Shown here piece by piece: positions 26,435-39,334 of a stretch of DNA of 64,000 bases; position 1 is the stretch's first letter, and each line of letters starts with the position of its first letter. The DNA is from Leucoraja erinacea (taxonomy: Eukaryota), in the NCBI RefSeq assembly GCF_028641065.1, contig NW_026576883.1:248001-312000 (forward strand), given 5' to 3'. The position numbers and the translations under genes were made by a program. The notes beneath the pieces are model-generated. The model was not told where the DNA came from. It saw only the letters and a program-made list of their open reading frames with translations, and did no database searches.

Positions 26435-27142
26435 TCTTCCTGCATCTAGCCTGTCCAACCCCTTAAGAATTTTGTAAGTTTCTATAAAATCCCCCCTCAA
26501 TCTTCTAAATTCTAGCGAGTACAAACCGAGCCTCTTTCTTCATATGAAAGTCCTGACATCCCAGGAATTAGTCTGGTGAATCTTCTCTGTACTCCCTCTA
26601 CGGCAAGAATGTCCTTCCTCAGATTAGGAGACCAAAACTGTACGCAATACTCCAGGTGTGGTCTCACCAAGACCCTGCAACTGCAGTAGAACCTCCCTGC
26701 TCCTAGACTCAAATCCTTTTGCTATGAATGCTAACATACCATTCACCTTCTTCACTGCCTGCTGCACCTGCATGCCTACTTTTAATGACTGGTGTACCAT
26801 GACACCCAGGTCTCGTTGCATCTCCCCTTTTCCTAATCGGCCACCATTCAGATAATAGTCTACTTTCCTGTTTTTGCCACCAAAGTGGATAACCTCACAT
26901 TTATCCACATTAAACTGCATCTGCCATGCATTTGCCCACTCACCCAGCCTATCCAAGTCACCTTGCAGCCTCCTAGCATCCTCCTCACAGCTAACACTGC
27001 CCCCCAGCTTCGTGTCATCCGCAAACTTGGAGATGTTGCATTCAATTCCCTCGTCCAAATCATTAATATATATCGTAAATAGCTGGGGTCCCAGCACTGA
27101 GCCTTGCGGCACCCCACTAGTCACTGCCTGCCATTGTGAAAA
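26435..27142 (-). mobile_element. CR1 LINE RT fragment
   Basis: ORF 26624-27151: VTSGVPQGSVLGPQLFTIYINDL..SKFADDTKL..WQMQFNVDKC. Confidence 0.92.
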
Positions 27143-27624
27143 GGACATCAAGGTTGCTGTAGATCAGTGTGTCTCTACTATATAAATATGACCACACAGA
27201 TTATGCATGCTGCACATTCCTTATGAAATCCAGTCCGGATCTTCAACCCTACCGCTGCCCCAAAAGCCTGCGTTTGGTACTCTCTCTCTCTCTCTCTCTC
27301 TCTCATTAGCTGAATGCTACGGAGACAAAAGCACAAGGTGTTTTCTCCGTGGAATTACTAATAAAAGTATATGTTCGAATCTCTATGTGTAAGTCTGATC
27401 ATTTCAACAGTTGCTTATCCAGGGAGAGAAATAGAGTTATTGACTCAGTTTAATAGCCATTCGTCATCAGAATTAGATCTGAGATGCAATGTCTGTTCAC
27501 CGACCATCGCTCACACGATGTTATCCCTTCTCATCCACTCTCAACACACCAGGGGCTACTTCAAAGAGGCCACATATCCTACATACCTGCACGTCTGGGA
27601 TGTGGAAGGAAACGGGATCAACTA

Positions 27625-28045
27625 ATCGGCTTGTACTCGCTAGAATTTAGGAGATTGAGGGGGGATCTTATAGAAACTTACAAAATTCTTAAGGGGTTGG
27701 ACAGGCTAGATGCAGGAAGATTGTTCCCGATGTTGGGGAAGTCCAGGACAAGGGGTCACAGCTTAAGGGTAAGTAAGAAATCCTTTAAGACCAAGATGAG
27801 AAAAACATTTATCACACAGAGAGTGGTGAATCTCTGGAACTCTCTGCCACAGAGGGTAGTTGAGGCCAGTTCATTGGCTATATTTAAGAGGGAGTTAGAT
27901 GTGGCCCTTGTGGCTAAAGGGATCAGGGGGTATGGAGAGAAGGCAGGTACAGGATACTGAGTTGGATGATCAGCCATGATCATATTGAATGGCGGTGCAG
28001 GCTCGAAGGGCCGAATGGCCTACTCCTGCACCTATTTTCTATGTA
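27625..28045 (+). mobile_element. CR1 3' fragment
   Basis: GLYSLEFRRLRGDLIETYKI..KGIRGYGEKAGTGY followed by the tail. Confidence 0.88.
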
Positions 28046-28141
28046 TCTAACCGGAGGAAACAGAGGAGATTTGCTTGGCAATGGCTGAGATTAGAACTCA
28101 TACTCTTCCACGGTCTATGTGGGTCGAAGAGCCTGTCTGCC

Positions 28142-28910
28142 GAGGCCCTTGCCTCAGTGGTCATGAAATGCTTTGAGAGGCAGGTCAAGAAACACATCTG
28201 TGCCTCCGTCCCTCGCAACATGGACCCGTTACAATTCGCATACCGTCCGAACAGATCCACGGACGATGCGGTCTCCCAGGTCCTGCACACCGCTCTCTCT
28301 CACCTTGACAGCCAGAAGGGGGGCTATGTGAGGATGCTGTTCATAGACTTCAGTTCAGCCTTCAACATGATAGTCCCCACCAGACTTGCTGAGAAGCTGC
28401 TGGAATTCGGGTTCAACACCCCCCTGTGTTCCTGGGTCCTGGACTTTCTCACCGCCAGGCCCCAGGTAGTCAAGATGGGAGGAAATACATCAAAGTCCCT
28501 CACCCTGAGCACAGGAACCCCCCCAGGGTTGAGTCCTCAGACCCCTACTGTTCTCCCTGTACACACACGACTGTGTGGCCAGGTTCAGCTCCAACTCTAT
28601 TATAAAGTTGGCTGATGACACTGTGGTGGTGGGCCTGATCTCAGATAACGATGAGAAGGCCTACCGGGAGGAGGTGGCTGATCTGGCACTCTGGTGTCAG
28701 GGCAACAGCCTCCTCTTGAATGTCAAAAAAACTAAGGAGCTGATCGTGGACTTTAGGAGGGCACAACATCCGAGGACGTACACTCCACTGAAGATAAATG
28801 GGGATATTGTGGATAGGGTGAGCTGCATTAAATACCAGGGAGCCCACATCTCAGAAGCTCTGACATGGACAACACACGCTGCCGCACTGGTGAGTAAGGC
28901 AAGGCAGCGC
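28142..28910 (+). mobile_element. Rex1/Babar RT fragment, frameshifted
   Basis: ORFs 27989-28615 and 28575-29018 are closely similar to the element at 10253-11128. Confidence 0.88.
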
Positions 28911-29356
28911 AAGGAAGAGAGGGGGAGAGAGAGAGGTTACTGCTGTAAAACTGGACACAGTGCAAACCGAGTCAATTATTGTTTTGTGCTCCTGCCAATA
29001 AAAATGATTTGCAACTAAATAGACAAGTGAGCCTTTTTCTGTTCTACTAGTCAGATCCTTGAACCTGTTCCCTTGTAACAACCCTGCAGTTAAGAGTTGA
29101 TGTTGGCATCATTGTGGGCCGAAGGGCCAGTCCTTGTGCTGTTGTCCTAGTGTTCTACGGATATACGCTGACATCTTCAAGAAGTTTGAAGCCGTCCCGC
29201 TCTTCATCAGAGGCACAAGCATTCCCAAATGGACAATAATCTAATTAGGCCAGATTAAATAGACAGGAAAGATTTCGAGATGGACACAAAGTGCTGGAGT
29301 AACTCAGCAGGTCAGGCAGCATTTCTGGAGAGAAGGAATAGGTGATGTTTCAGGTC

Positions 29357-29650
29357 ATAGAAACATAGAAAATAGGTGCAGGGTGAGGCCATTTGGCCCT
29401 TCGAGCCAGCACCGCCATTCATTGTGATCATCCCTATTAATAACCCGTGCCTGCCTTCTCACTATATCCCTCGACTCCACTAGCCCCATAGAGCTCTATC
29501 TAACTCTCTCTTAAATCCATCCAGTGATTTGGCCTCCACTGCCCTCTGTGGCAGGGAATTCCATAAATTCACAACTCCCTGGGTGGAAATGTTTTTTCTC
29601 ACCTCAGTCTTAAATGACCTCCCCTTTATTCTAAGACTGTGTGGCCCCTA
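29357..29650 (-). mobile_element. CR1 3' end inserted into a hammerhead-like motif
   Basis: atagaaacatagaaaa tail; separates ggtgatgtttcaggtc from gagacccttcatcag, which are contiguous at ~17605-17635. Confidence 0.75.
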
Positions 29651-29920
29651 CTGTCGAGACCCTTCATCAGTCTGCAGTTCCTTCTTTATATAATACGGGT
29701 GAATATGTTTACATATTCTGTTGTGCTGCTGCAAGTAAGAATTTCATTGTTCTGTCTGGGACTCTTGGATTGAAAGCATCTGTAAATGCTTGTGTCTCAT
29801 AACTGTTCTGTAGGTTTTGCATTTTGTACGTGATTATATTTTCTTGAAACACTTCCTCTAGTTCCAAGGCATGATTTGGTACAGAATACATAAAGAACAC
29901 TGCAATAGTCTAGGTGTGGT

Positions 29921-30275
29921 TCTTCTTCTTCTTGCGTTGGAGGCAGCAGAGGTTATGTAACGGCCTCCAGGCGCTGCAGCCAGTTCAATGTGCTGTTGTC
30001 GAGGGCTGTGAGATCTACCCCTCCACCGGGGGTGGGGGGGAAAGGACAGCCCAATGAGCAGCTGCGCAGTTTGCTGGTCTGCTCCACACATGCAGGCTGC
30101 TGATGAACGCAGCCCCCAGCGACGCATGTTGGCGTTGAACCGGCCGACCCCTGTACGGAGACGGGTCAGGGCGACCCACGCTTTTCGGGGCAGGTCCCAG
30201 CCGGGTGAGGCTGTGATGTACGGTGCAACAGTCAATTTACAAGGTCGTGAAGTCTATTCCCAGCTGGTTCTCCTT
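29921..30275 (-). mobile_element. Vingi-like LINE 3' end
   Basis: PGWDLPRKAWVALTRLRTGVGRFNANMRRWGLRSSAACMCG..QT; tail acgcaagaagaagaaga; the site at ~17905 is empty. Confidence 0.8.
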
Positions 30276-30825
30276 CAGTCTGAGCCACAGCCCACTGTTC
30301 CAATGCACATTATAGACAGATAGCACTGTGCTAAATGTCACAACTCTCCCTACACATAAAGGGCAATTTACAGAGGCCAATTAACCAACAAACCCGCATG
30401 TCTTTTGAATGTGGGATGTGGGGCAACTGCTGCTTTTATCTACATATTTGGTTTGGGCCCCAGGTGTGGTAACAGGTCACAAAATTCACTCATTATATCA
30501 AATTCCTACTGTTTCTGCAATTGTCAAAGTTAATTCTCAAAGTTACAGCTGGTCTGTGGTCGGACCACATGGCTTTGCGGACATGACTTAGTTAACTCGT
30601 TGAAATGAACAGATCAACAGACAGCTCTGATTTCAGTCGCTGTTTATTTCGTTCTTAAAATGTTTACATTCCCCCTGGTTTTATTTCCGCGCTCACTGGG
30701 GTTTTACGACGCGGAATTTGGGGATTAAATGGGAGCCGTTCGTTCAGCGCCGACCTATTGTCCACCAGGTTTCTGCCCCACAGCACGAGCCCCGTTCCTG
30801 ACGCCGGTCCCAGGACCCGACCCTT

Positions 30826-33800
30826 TTACACACCCGGAGCGGAATCAAAGCAGATTCTCAGCCAATTTCCATCCCAAGGCCCGAAGAAAGGATAGAGTTT
30901 CTCCGTGAATTTATTCTCAGTGAAGGTGTGGAGATGGGACTTGGTTTCTGTGTTGTAAAACGAAACAGTCCCGGACTCGTAATTGAGATAAACTCCCACC
31001 CTCCCGGGGAGAGGATGGGCGGGGAAACGGGATGGAGGGGAGGTGAATACTTCAAAGTCGTCAGCCGCCAGCTTGATCCTCCAGACTCCAGTCTCCGGGG
31101 TCAGTGTGGCCTGCTCCTTCCTCTCCACAGACTCTGCGGCGACTCCCAGACTCCAGCCCCGACTCCCCGCCACCTCCACCTCCCAGTAATGTCTCCCCGA
31201 TGTAAATCCCTCCGATCCCAGCACACACGGACTGCTTGAAAACCTCTTCTTGTTGTCAGCGAGATTCCTCCGGGACCGGGTCAGTCTCACCCTCTTCCGA
31301 TCCTCGGACACCTCGAGCCGTGCATGCGCTGTTTCTATATCCAGGGTGATGGAGACTGGGGGGGAGAAGCAGAGAATCAGAGAGTCCTCGTGGGTTGGGG
31401 GGAGACTTGGGCTGGAGAGAGTCTAAAGTCATTGGTGAGTACAACCAAGAACACACTGATCTCATTGTGAACCAATATATGAACTTCACTGAGGGACCTG
31501 ACAATATTGCGCATGTAAGGCTGGCCCAGAAAGTGAAGGCAGGTAGGATCCAAGGCGAGCTGGTGAAATGGATCCACAATTGGCTTGGTGGTTGGAGGTA
31601 GAAGGTAGCGGTAGATGAGATTTTCTGCTTGGAGGTCTGTGACTGGTGGTGTGCAGCAGAGATCGGTGCTGCAACCTTTGGCTTGGATGTGAATGTAGGT
31701 GTGATTAGTAAGTCTGTGGAGGACTCAAATGTGTGGATAGCGGGGAAGGTTGTCAAAGTTTGCAGCAGGATATCGGGTAGATTATCAAAATCGTATTCGC
31801 ATGCAGGGATATCAAATCAAGAGAGTGCAGATTTATATTGAGAGCAAGGAATTTTAAAGTATATTTGAGATTTAGGTTTTTTTACACTGAGAGTGAGTGA
31901 TATCTGGAACATGCCAGAGGAGGTAGTGGAGTGAGATATAATCACTATATTTGAGGCACTTAAATAGGTGAGGTGTAGAAGAATACCGATGTAATGTGGG
32001 CAAATCAATTAGCATAGCTGGGGAAGAGGTGGACATGGACGTGATGGGCCAAAGGGCCTGATTCTGTAATGTACAACCATGGCTCTCAGCTCCAAGAGCA
32101 CTGAATGACTGAGTCTCCACAGCCACCGCTGCAGGGAATTCCAAAAGTTCCCCCAGTCCCTGTATGCAGTAAGTCTCCTTATCTCTGTCCTACATGGTGC
32201 AGCCCACATTCTCCACACCCCTCAGACGGGGGGGAAACATCCTCCCTGCATCCAGCCCACTGAGCCCTGTAAGGACTTTGTGTTTCACTGTGATCTCCTC
32301 TAATACACTCAAACGCTCGAGTACACAGGCCTAGTCTACTCAATCTCACCCCGCACAACAAACTCACTCTCCTAGGAATTAGTATTGTCAATCTTGGCTG
32401 CATTTTCTTCCGTGTCGGTACATAGGAGCATAGGAACACAAGAAAACAGGAGCAAGATTAGGATCCTCTCCTCAGGCTTGCCCCTTGACACTATAAGGTT
32501 GTTAGCAAGTTAGAGAGGGTGCAAAAGGATTTATGATCATTTCATCAGGTCTGAAGGGCTGGGTTATAAGGAGACGTTGGACAGGCAAGGACATATTTCT
32601 TTAGAGCCCATCAGAATGCTTTTATAGATGTATATAAGATCTATATAAGGTGCAAAGATAAGGTGAATAGCCACAGTATTTTACCCATGGCAGGATAATC
32701 TAAACCTCTGACTCTATGATGCTTCCCAGCTGATGAGTTTAGTGTTAGATCAAATCTCCAATTTCCCTTCAGTCCACAATAGAAGTAATCTTTGCATCTA
32801 GATATTGCTTAAACATGTATAGGAATGAACTACAGATGCTGGTTTAAACCGAAGATAGACTCAAAAACTGGAGGAACAATGAATAGAAGTTATGCAAAAA
32901 ATAACAATGAGAGAGGAAACAGGCCACTGTTAACTCTTTGTTAGGTGAAAACGAGAAACTAGTGTGACTTGGGCGGGTGAGGGGTAGACGGGCATGATAT
33001 TCACCTCCAGAAAAAAAGTAGGAAGTGTTATCCGAGGGTCCGGGAAGCTGGTTAGGTCCCCCAATGGGGGTTTAGAGAGCTCCTGTATTTTCAATAAATT
33101 GAAAGTGATTCCCAAGCTTTCTGCTGGTAGTTTACATAACAGAGGCGTAGAATTTTTCTAACACATAACCAGTAAAATAACCCCCAAAAGATAAATATTT
33201 CATGAAATAAATGACTTCATACAGCTAAAAAAATCTTTACAAAAAGGGTTACCAGAAATGTCTCTTTGCCCAGCACTGTGTGCAGACAGCAGAGAAAAAG
33301 CGATTTGGGCTGCAGCCAACTTCTGCTTCAGTAAGGGAAGCTGGTCAATGATTGGCCGCAACGCCCCTCGGAGACTGCGTCTGATTGGCCGCCGAGTGAC
33401 TGGCGCATTATCTGATTGGACACAACGTCCTTGGAGACAGCGGCTGATTGGACGGCAGGAAACCGATTTGTTGATTGATCGGGAATTTTAAAGGAAATAA
33501 GGGTCGGTGATTGGATGCAACCCCCTTAGAGACAGCGGTTGATTAGTTGACAAATAATCAGGCACAAAAATTGAAAAATAGGAAAACCAAAAAAATAAAT
33601 TGGAATTACGATTTAAATCGGAAGAATATCATGCCTGGATACAGAGAGAGGAGATGTCGGGCTACCTGAAGTTAGAGAAATCAACATTTCGTACCACTGG
33701 ACTGTAAGTTGCCCAAGCGAAATATGAAATGCTGTTCCTCCAATTTGCATTTAACCTCACTCTGACAATGGAGCAGACCTAGGACAGAAAGGTCTGTGTG

Positions 33801-36800
33801 GGAATGGGAAGGAGAATTAAAGTGTTCAGCAACCAAGAGATCAGGTAGGTTCAGGCAGACTGAGCAAAGGTGTTCAGCGAAACGATCGCCCAGTCTGCGT
33901 TTGGTCTCATTGATGTATCCGAGTCCACATCTTGAACAATGGTTACAGCAGATGAGGTTGGAGGAGGTGCAAGTGAATCCCTGCCTAACCTGAAAGGGAC
34001 TGTTGGGGTTCCTGGACAGGGTCGAGGGAGGCGATATAGGGACCAGTGTTGCATCTTCTGCGGTTGCAGGGGAAGGTACCTGGGGAAGGTGTTGTTTAGG
34101 TGGGAAGTGATGAGTTAACCAAGGAGTTGCAGAAGGAATGGTCTCTGTGGAAGGTAGAAAGGGGTGGAGATGGGAAAATGCGGCTAGTGGTGGGATCCCG
34201 TTGGAGGTGGCGGAAATTTTGGAGGATTATGTGTTGTATGCGGCGACTGATCAAGTGAAAGGTAAGGACAAGGGGGACTCTGTCTATGTTGTGACTAGGG
34301 GGAGCAAGGGCAGAACTGCAGGATACTGAGGGGACACGATTGTGGGCCTTGTCTATGATGGGAGAAGGGAACCCCCGTTCCCTAAAGAATGAGAACATCT
34401 CGGATGTCCTGGTATGGAACCCCTCATCTTGGGCGCAGATGCGGCGTTAGCGGAGGAATTGGGAGTAGGGGATAGAGTCTTTGCAGGAAGCAGAGTGGGG
34501 TGAAGTGCAGTCGAGATAGTTGTGGGAGTCAGTAGGCTTGTAATAGACGTCTATCGATAGTCTATTTCCTGTGATGGCGACTGTGGGATCAAGAAAGGGG
34601 AGGGAGGTGTTGATCATGGTCCAAGTAAATTTGATTGCAGGATGAAAATTGGTGAGGTTAATGAAGTCCATGAGTTCTGCATGGGTGCAGGAGGTAGCAC
34701 CAATGCAGTCATCAATGTAATGGAGATAGAGTTTGGGGATAGGGCCTTGGACTTGGAGGAAGTGGGAGGGTTCAAAGGAGAAGTTATTAAGAGTGAGAAC
34801 CAGCTCCGCTGGGCGGAGTAGTGTTAGTAGAGGGAAAGTGGATGATTCTATGGTTGAGGAAGAAACGGAGGGCTTTAAGCTCTTCCTGGTGGGGGATGGA
34901 GGTGTAGAGTGACATGGTAAAGATGAGGGGGTGGGGGCTCTGAAAGGCAAGTGAGGTCCTTGGACATAGGGATTGGACTAGGGGGGGGGGGGGGGGGAGA
35001 GATAGGATGGAATAGTGAAAATCATTTCAGTGGGATTGGAGAGTTGTGTTTATGGATTTTGGGGAGAAGGTAAAACCCCTTTGCGAGGCTTGGAAATGAT
35101 AAGGTGTCTGGTGCATGGCTTAAACATATCAGAAACAAGAATAATGGAAAAGGTATAAGCTTTACCTTGCTTGAAGTCATCAGATACATCTTTGACTGTC
35201 GTGTTGAATGAAACAGGCCAAAGAAACTTTTCAATCTGCATGGCTTCATCCACCACCGACAGTGGTTTGGGTTCATCACGAATCCTGGAAATATTGAACA
35301 GCTGGTTATAAACTGAGCATTAGAAATGTTTTGAGTTGTTCCACAAAAACTTGCACTGTTTCCATCAAGACAATGTCCTACCTTCGCTTGCGACCAACTT
35401 CCTCCTGAAAGAAATAAAACACAAATCTCAATTGAAATGGACCGTCCTCATCCCGACAGCGGGAATTTCACCAAATCTCTACAACCCTCTGATAATTCCC
35501 ATTTCCCAACTCTTATGGCCACTGTCATGCAGACAGAAAGTGGATATTGCCGCAGAGATGTAGAACGATGGGGGAAAGCACAAGGAATGTTCATGAGAAT
35601 GACGTCATAACTGAGAGGATGGAACTTAATGAAAAGACTGGGCAGGTCGTGGGATTTCATCTGGAGAAGATGTCAGGAATGATGAGACTGAATTTAATAT
35701 TATCGGTGGATTTAAATGGAGGGAGGAGAGTAGATGGGAGGGATGATGAGTGGAGCAGAAATCTGACCGGATAGGATGGGCCGAAAGGCCTGTCTATGAA
35801 GGACAAAACAAACAGAGCAAATTCCCCCAAGGTGACCACCCACTGCTGATGGGAACCGGATATAGATGATCAATCTGATGTGTGCGCCACGTTCTAGATT
35901 TCAATGTTAATCCCCACAATGTGGTCATGGCTGATCTAGCCCAGGGCTGAACTCCTCCTCTTTGCCCAATTCCCTTTGATTTCAATTCCCAGAATTTTCA
36001 AAAATGTATCTTCCTCTGGTTTAAATTTGTCTAACATTTTAAACCTCTCAGAGTCTCATGGTTGGAGAATCCCAGAGATTTACTGCCCTCTGTCCATTCG
36101 TGGTCCTTGGGATCAGATATAGGATCACCCGTCGTTGTTCTAAACGCTACAGAACACAAACACCTCTCTACATTCCGGCCAGATATTCCTCAGATCCCAT
36201 AGATTATATGGGAGGCCAATTAGTTTAGGAACAACACAGCTGGAACAGAGAGAACATTTACCCAGTTCTCAATTACTGGTAAATGCAGCATTTATTTCGG
36301 AAATGTCACCCACCATTTTGTGACTGCACTTTTACTTTACCAAACTGTAGTGTAACCCCTCACCTTCAGAAACACTGCACTGTCTTTTTGATCCATATGT
36401 TGCTGCATCTTATTGAGATCCTCCTGAATAGATTTTAAATTCTCTTGAATTGATCCAAGATTTTTCTCCATTGTATTAAGAATCTTCTTCTCTTCCTCAC
36501 GGATATCTGCCAGTGCGCACTGCTCATTCTCAGTGAGAATCTGGTGCTGTTCAGCAAACTGGGATGAGATCTCGGACTGAAGGTTGTGTGACTGTTCCTG
36601 TGAAATGAAAGGTGAAGATCAATAAATGTCACTGATTGTGTTTCCCTAAGACTTTGACATTTGCCCTGTGTAATATTTATTTGCTTTGGCAATTCAATTC
36701 TTTGTCGAAATGCTTCTGAAATATCGTGATGGTAATCTTATATTGTTATAACCCATAAATCCTCTACCCCCAATGCAATTCCCTCCTGCCTGTTCCTTTT

Positions 36801-38885
36801 CACGTGCCCTTTAATTCCAATTCATCCGCCCACCACCCACTTACCCAGGGTTAATTTACAGTCTGCGATTGACCATTGAACCAGCGTGTATTGGAGACGT
36901 GGAAGGAATCCGACGTGGTCACAGGGAGAAGGCGTGAAGGCTGCCCTATTATTACACGCATCACAGGGATCAAATCTACAAAAGATCAGGAAATCAAAAC
37001 TGGAAAGCCTCACCAGAACTCCAGAAATATTCTTTTTCTGTTGCTGCACCATTTGCTGGACCTCGGATTCTTTTTTTGTGATAGTCTGGACGGAAGCTTT
37101 CACCTGACCCTGGGATTGTGTTTGAAAATCAGAAAAGTGTTAGACAATAAAAAAGGAATTAAACAATGTAGCGTTGTTACAATCCCCGCGATCAGTGGGG
37201 CTCTAGATCTACCAAGTGCTGTGCGCGCAACTCGAGAGGTTGTGGGGGGGGGGGGGGGGGTGAGTTAACTGCATGTTTTTCATTAGTGGTCAGGGAGGGA
37301 TTTCCTCATACGACACGCTTATGACGTAAAGGAAATCTCGGTCTGTCATTCCATTCGTGTTTTTTTCCAACACGACGTTGCTGGTCTATTGAATCGCTGG
37401 GCTTGAAAGTCAGGCACAACTTAAACGCCTTCAAAATCACAGATCGCAGGTTCAGGACAAAACAAAATGTAGGACGTTTATTTAACATCTTATCTAGTTT
37501 TTGGTGTAATTTCATTTTAATCTGTTGATGCAAAATAAGTTAATTTAGCCCTGATAACGGCTGTGTCCTGCCTGCCAGCTGTGAGTGTGAGCCACATGAT
37601 CATTATATGTATTTTGTGTAATTGTCTACCCACAAACACTATTTTCATACTGAATATGTTGAACATGGCAGCTGCCTCACCGATTTGTATGTACTGTGTT
37701 TTTAGTATGAAAATATTGATAATGGATAGGCAATTGCACAAAATCCTGATAATTAGATGTTCTTAAGACATGGTTGTGCAAAAAATAATGCTTTTGATTA
37801 TCTTAAGTGGATGTTTGAGGATTTTGAACACATGTCTGTGTTAAATGACCCTTGCCCATAGAAACATAGAAATTAGGTGCTGGAGTAGGCCATTCGGTAT
37901 CCTGTACCTGCCTTCTCTCCATACCCCCTGATCCCTTTAGCCACAACTAACTCCCTCTTAAATATAGCCAATGAACTGGCCTCAACTACCTTCTGTGGCA
38001 GAGAATTCCACAGATTCACCACTCTCTGTGTGAAAAATGTTTTTCTCATCTCGGTCCTAAAAGACTTCCCCCTCATCCTTAAACTGTGACCACTTGTTCG
38101 GGACTTCCCCAACATCGGGAATAATCTTCCTACATCTAGCCTGTCCAACCCCTTAAGAATTTTTCCAACCCCTTTTTTTGCTTTTGTGTTAAGTTAATGG
38201 AAAAGATGCTTATTTCCGAGCAGTTTTGTAGTAAATGCCTACCATGTTCTGTGTGCTAAGCAAAGCAAGAATTTCATTGTACTATCATGGACACATGACA
38301 ATAAACTCACTTGAAATTGACTATAACATTTTTAATACAGGAGATATGAAAGTGAATTAGGTATCAAATTAAAGGTTTTTTTTTATGCTTTATCTGATGG
38401 GATAAATTCACAGGCTTGATTTTTAACATCTCAACATTTTGTAATATCCCTAAACAATCATCGATTTGGCTTACCTTGTAGAATTCAGCAGCTTCTGCTA
38501 TCAGCGTGAAGCTGTGAGACTTGTGTTCCCGCCCGGCTGCACAAACCACACAGATCAGCTTCTCGTCTGTTTCGCAAAACAGCTTCAGTTCTTCCTGATG
38601 ATCCTCGCACTGAAGTTTACTCGCCTTCTCTGTTCGATTCGGGCCCAGTGTTCGAGCTTTCTCAGACAATCTCGCCAAGGCCCGATTCACCCTGAGGGTG
38701 CGGTCTGTAAATTCCTCTCTACATTCCGGGCAGGAGTTTCTCCCCTCCCTGTCCCAACTCTGTGTGATGCATGAGCGGCAGAAGTTGTGCCCGCAGTCCA
38801 GGGAGACCGGATCGGTGAAGAAATCCAGGCAGATGGGACAAATTATCTCCGCGGTCCAACTCTCCACCTGGTCGTTCGCAGCCAT
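30826..38885 (-). CDS. TRIM gene E, RING/B-box2/coiled-coil/PRY-SPRY, 470 aa, intact
   Basis: Exons 38885-38475, 37109-37014, 36597-36364, 35404-35382, 35284-35166, 31355-30826 total 1413 nt, open, GT-AG. Confidence 0.92.
33340..33625. repeat. CCAAT-box (ATTGG) array of an unclassified repeat; second copy at ~48965-49405
   Basis: attgg at ~33351, 33384, 33415, 33447 and 33510; the surrounding sequence aligns by eye with 48965-49400. Confidence 0.7.
33650..35080 (-). mobile_element. Penelope-like element, RT plus GIY-YIG endonuclease fragments (gene E intron 5)
   Basis: LVLTLNNFSF..YIDDCIG..FHPAIKFTW..KPTDSHNYLD..SIPYSQFLR; ~33870-33945 reads CSRCGLGYINETKRRLGDRFAEHL. Confidence 0.88.
37169..38452. 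mobile_element. Non-autonomous DNA transposon (hAT-like) in gene E intron 1, with a nested CR1 3' end (~37858-38165, -)
   Basis: Imperfect TIRs tagcgttgttacaa / ttgtaatatcccta, flanks aacaatg/aacaatc. Intron 1 is ~90 nt in all other paralogs. The right portion recurs at ~51900-52088, ending gtaacattccta. Confidence 0.6.
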
Positions 38886-39334
38886 TTTAACTCCTCCTCT
38901 TCCTGGTTCAAAAAAACACACGTCCCCTTTCGCTGAAACCAAAGATTGGCTGAAACTGCTGAACTCCTGCAGTACCGCGAGTGTTCACTGCTGACGATGC
39001 CGCCTCAGGGAATGAATGTAATCCGGTTGCAAGCAAAGATCTTTAGTTGCAAGTGTTCAGTGTGAAGATGCAGAAACAATGAACTGCAGATGCTGCTTCA
39101 CAACAAAAATGCACAAAATGCTGGATTATCAAAATGCAGGTTTCGGCCCGAAATGTTGCATATTTCCTTCGTTCTGTAGATGCTGCCTCACCCGCTGAGT
39201 TTCTCCAGCATTTTTTGTCTACCTCCGCTGGATTAACTCAGCGGGTCGCGCACCTCTGAAGAACAAGGACAAGTGATGTTTCGTGTCTGGACCGAGCTTC
39301 AGACTGATTGTAGGGGCGGTGGGTGGGAGAGGGG

